A DNA stretch of 64,000 nucleotides from Selaginella moellendorffii (lineage: Eukaryota > Plantae > Lycopodiophyta): assembly GCF_000143415.4 (NCBI RefSeq), contig NW_003314264.1:600774-664773 (forward strand), read 5' to 3'. Both the position numbers and the translations under genes were made by a program. Positions 61,861 through 64,000 of this stretch are shown here, piece after piece. The notes under the pieces were generated by a model that saw only the letters and a list, made by a program, of their open reading frames with translations, ran no database searches and was not told where the DNA came from. Position 1 is the stretch's first letter. The number at the start of each line of letters is the position of its first letter.

Positions 61861-64000
61861 AGCCTAGTAAGGAATTCCCATCTCTTTGCATTTGGATCAT
61901 GAATATTGAGCTCAAACCATTTTATAGCATTGTTCCATTACATGCTGCCCTTTGCAAGGCATTGTGCTCTAAACCTTCTGTAAAATATACATGTTGAAAA
62001 TTAGAAAGATGAATGGCTAGATGTATTACAAGGTGTGAGCATCCATGCATTTTAAATTTAAATATCCTTCAAATAGCTTCTACTGCTGAAATATATTGAG
62101 TATTTATAAAATTTGTGACCTAATTTAATATTTTTTTAGACTATGTAGTTGTTTGGATTTCAATGGTTGCACAATTATATCCTTTTTAAACATATTGAAA
62201 AAGATACTTAATATTTTTAATTGATGGACATATTTCTACATTTATATGGATTTTGTTTTTTACATAAATATTTATTATATGGGAATATAATCCATTTATT
62301 ATCAATTGGAACATGATTTTTAAGGAAGGTGCAATCATTGTTTGGTCTTAAATAGTATAGGTACCCATCTACATAATATATGGTCTTGTCATTGAAGTTT
62401 TTAGGATAGTTTTTTGAGCATTTTTTGTTTTTCATACATGTACTTTGAGGATTTAGTAATCCACATAGACTATGTATCATATGTGATGTGATTATTTCAA
62501 ATAGTTTGGGCTCTGATAAATGGTTAAGTAATTGAGCAGATATATATTAGTCACGGTCTTTAATTTTACTTTCATTGTCTAATATGCCTAGGAAATGACA
62601 ATGTGGCAATCTTTTTTTTAGAATTCAATGACATATATAAATGCAATACATCTTCCAAAGATATTATGTGTTGTAATATCATGGAGAAAATATTTTAAAT
62701 CATGTCAGTCTTCAGGTCCTTCATTAGGGTGTAGATTTTGTAATGTCTTAGGCCATTTAGGGTTTCTATTGAAAATTATGAAAATATTAGGTTTTGAGTA
62801 TTCTATTGCAATTGTCATAGCATCTTGGTAATTTTGTTGCATAACTCTTGGGGTTCTTATTAAAGTAGATGGTAAAATAACAATTTTTCCTAGTCGAGCA
62901 TTTGCATCAGTAGCTTTGCTAGTAATATAATCCATTAAACCTGTATAAAAATCAACTCTCATACTTTTTTTATTAGATCTATAGTATTGTAAATTGTTGC
63001 TTTCAATTTTAATATAGGCATCTACAATATATTATTGGGTGAGTTTTCCAGCATGTAAAATTTGGTCATATGTAACTATAGAGGATGATAATATTAAATC
63101 ACTTTTGGACAAATAATAAGCATAATATTGAAGGAGTGTTATATGTTTGTTAGAAGAATGTTTGTCATGTTAGGCTTTATCTCCATGTAGAAAAAGCAAT
63201 GGATAAACCATAGGATTGCAATTAGCATTTAAAATAGATATATATTGTGGTTCTGATGATTTTGGATGAATGCATATTTCACGGTCAAAAAGTGGCATCC
63301 TATCTTCACTTTAGAAAACTATTACAACATCATTAGTTTGTGGAGTATTATATCGATGATGGTTTGTGCCTTCATTTTTAATGAGCATATATACTCCATG
63401 TAAAAATCTACCAGAGATAATAGTTCTTAAAATATTTTCTTGTTCCAATTTATACATCATTCTAAAAACTTTTGCATATGGATTAATATGTCAAAGTATT
63501 GTATCTAGTTGAAGCAATAAATTATAATCACAGTTAATGTTAAAAGGGTTTTGTTTTCTACGATCAATAGCCTTATTAGAGTCTAGTATGTACAATTGAC
63601 TATAACTTGGATTTTGATGTATTAAAGGATGTTGTGGCATAATTTTGTGATAGATTTGTTAATGAATTGTATAGCAATATGGACCATGACCTATAAAAGT
63701 ATTAATGTTACTTCTAAAGATGTGAAAGCAAGTGCACTAGTATATTGTCTTGTATTACTCTTGTAATTAGAGTTTTTGTGTGAGTTATATACAGAATATA
63801 GAAAAGGTGGTAACAGAAGTATTGGAGGCAGATAAACCTGTCCACTCTAGCAACAAATAGACTTGTTCTTATCGGTGAAGTATGTGACAATAGTTACAAA
63901 TATATAATAAAGGACCTATATTCATTGACAAAACAAATGTATCATTATATAGGTAATTGCTAGCAAGTGTGCTATGAATCTAAGGTGAAGGGGGCAAATG
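61860..64000 (-). mobile_element. Decayed Helitron RepHel (Rep portion; helicase absent)
   Basis: ILPSTLIRTPRVMQQNYQDAM...KPNIFIIFNRNPKWP and MIHSLCG...CMKNKKCSKNYPK...DNKWIIFPYN match Helitron Rep motifs (LPSSFxGxPRxMxQxYQDAM, KPDLFITFTCNPxW, MIHGPCG, DNRWVVPYN). Confidence 0.9.

Overview
Eukaryotic, almost entirely transposon-derived DNA with no intact host gene. It is probably from a non-seed land plant such as a lycophyte; this is inferred from tRNA-iMet-primed chromoviruses, telo-boxes, ~45-60 nt introns and a Crinkler-like gene. The backbone (2195-53597) is a diverged tandem array of an ~11 kb unit. Each unit is a ~2.9 kb spacer (a KRI1-like exon fragment plus a decayed Crinkler-like coiled-coil/P-loop NTPase gene) followed by an ~8.1 kb TIR DNA transposon with 5'-TATGG...CCATA-3' ends. 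This transposon encodes a spliced IS3EU/IS481-type integrase-core DDE transposase, a spliced HECT E3-ligase-like protein and possibly a third, convergent gene. Nested insertions are a TRIM (3388-4042), a non-autonomous LARD-like LTR element (16151-23481) and a Galadriel-like Ty3/Gypsy chromovirus (25329-38083), which itself carries an inverted, internally deleted copy of its own family (31532-36737). Both chromovirus copies have two small GT-AG introns inside the integrase coding sequence, one just before the catalytic Glu. The right end holds a truncated LARD copy, possible LINE debris, a second TRIM with a nested solo LTR and a decayed Helitron Rep. All protein assignments come from manual motif recognition; no searches were run.
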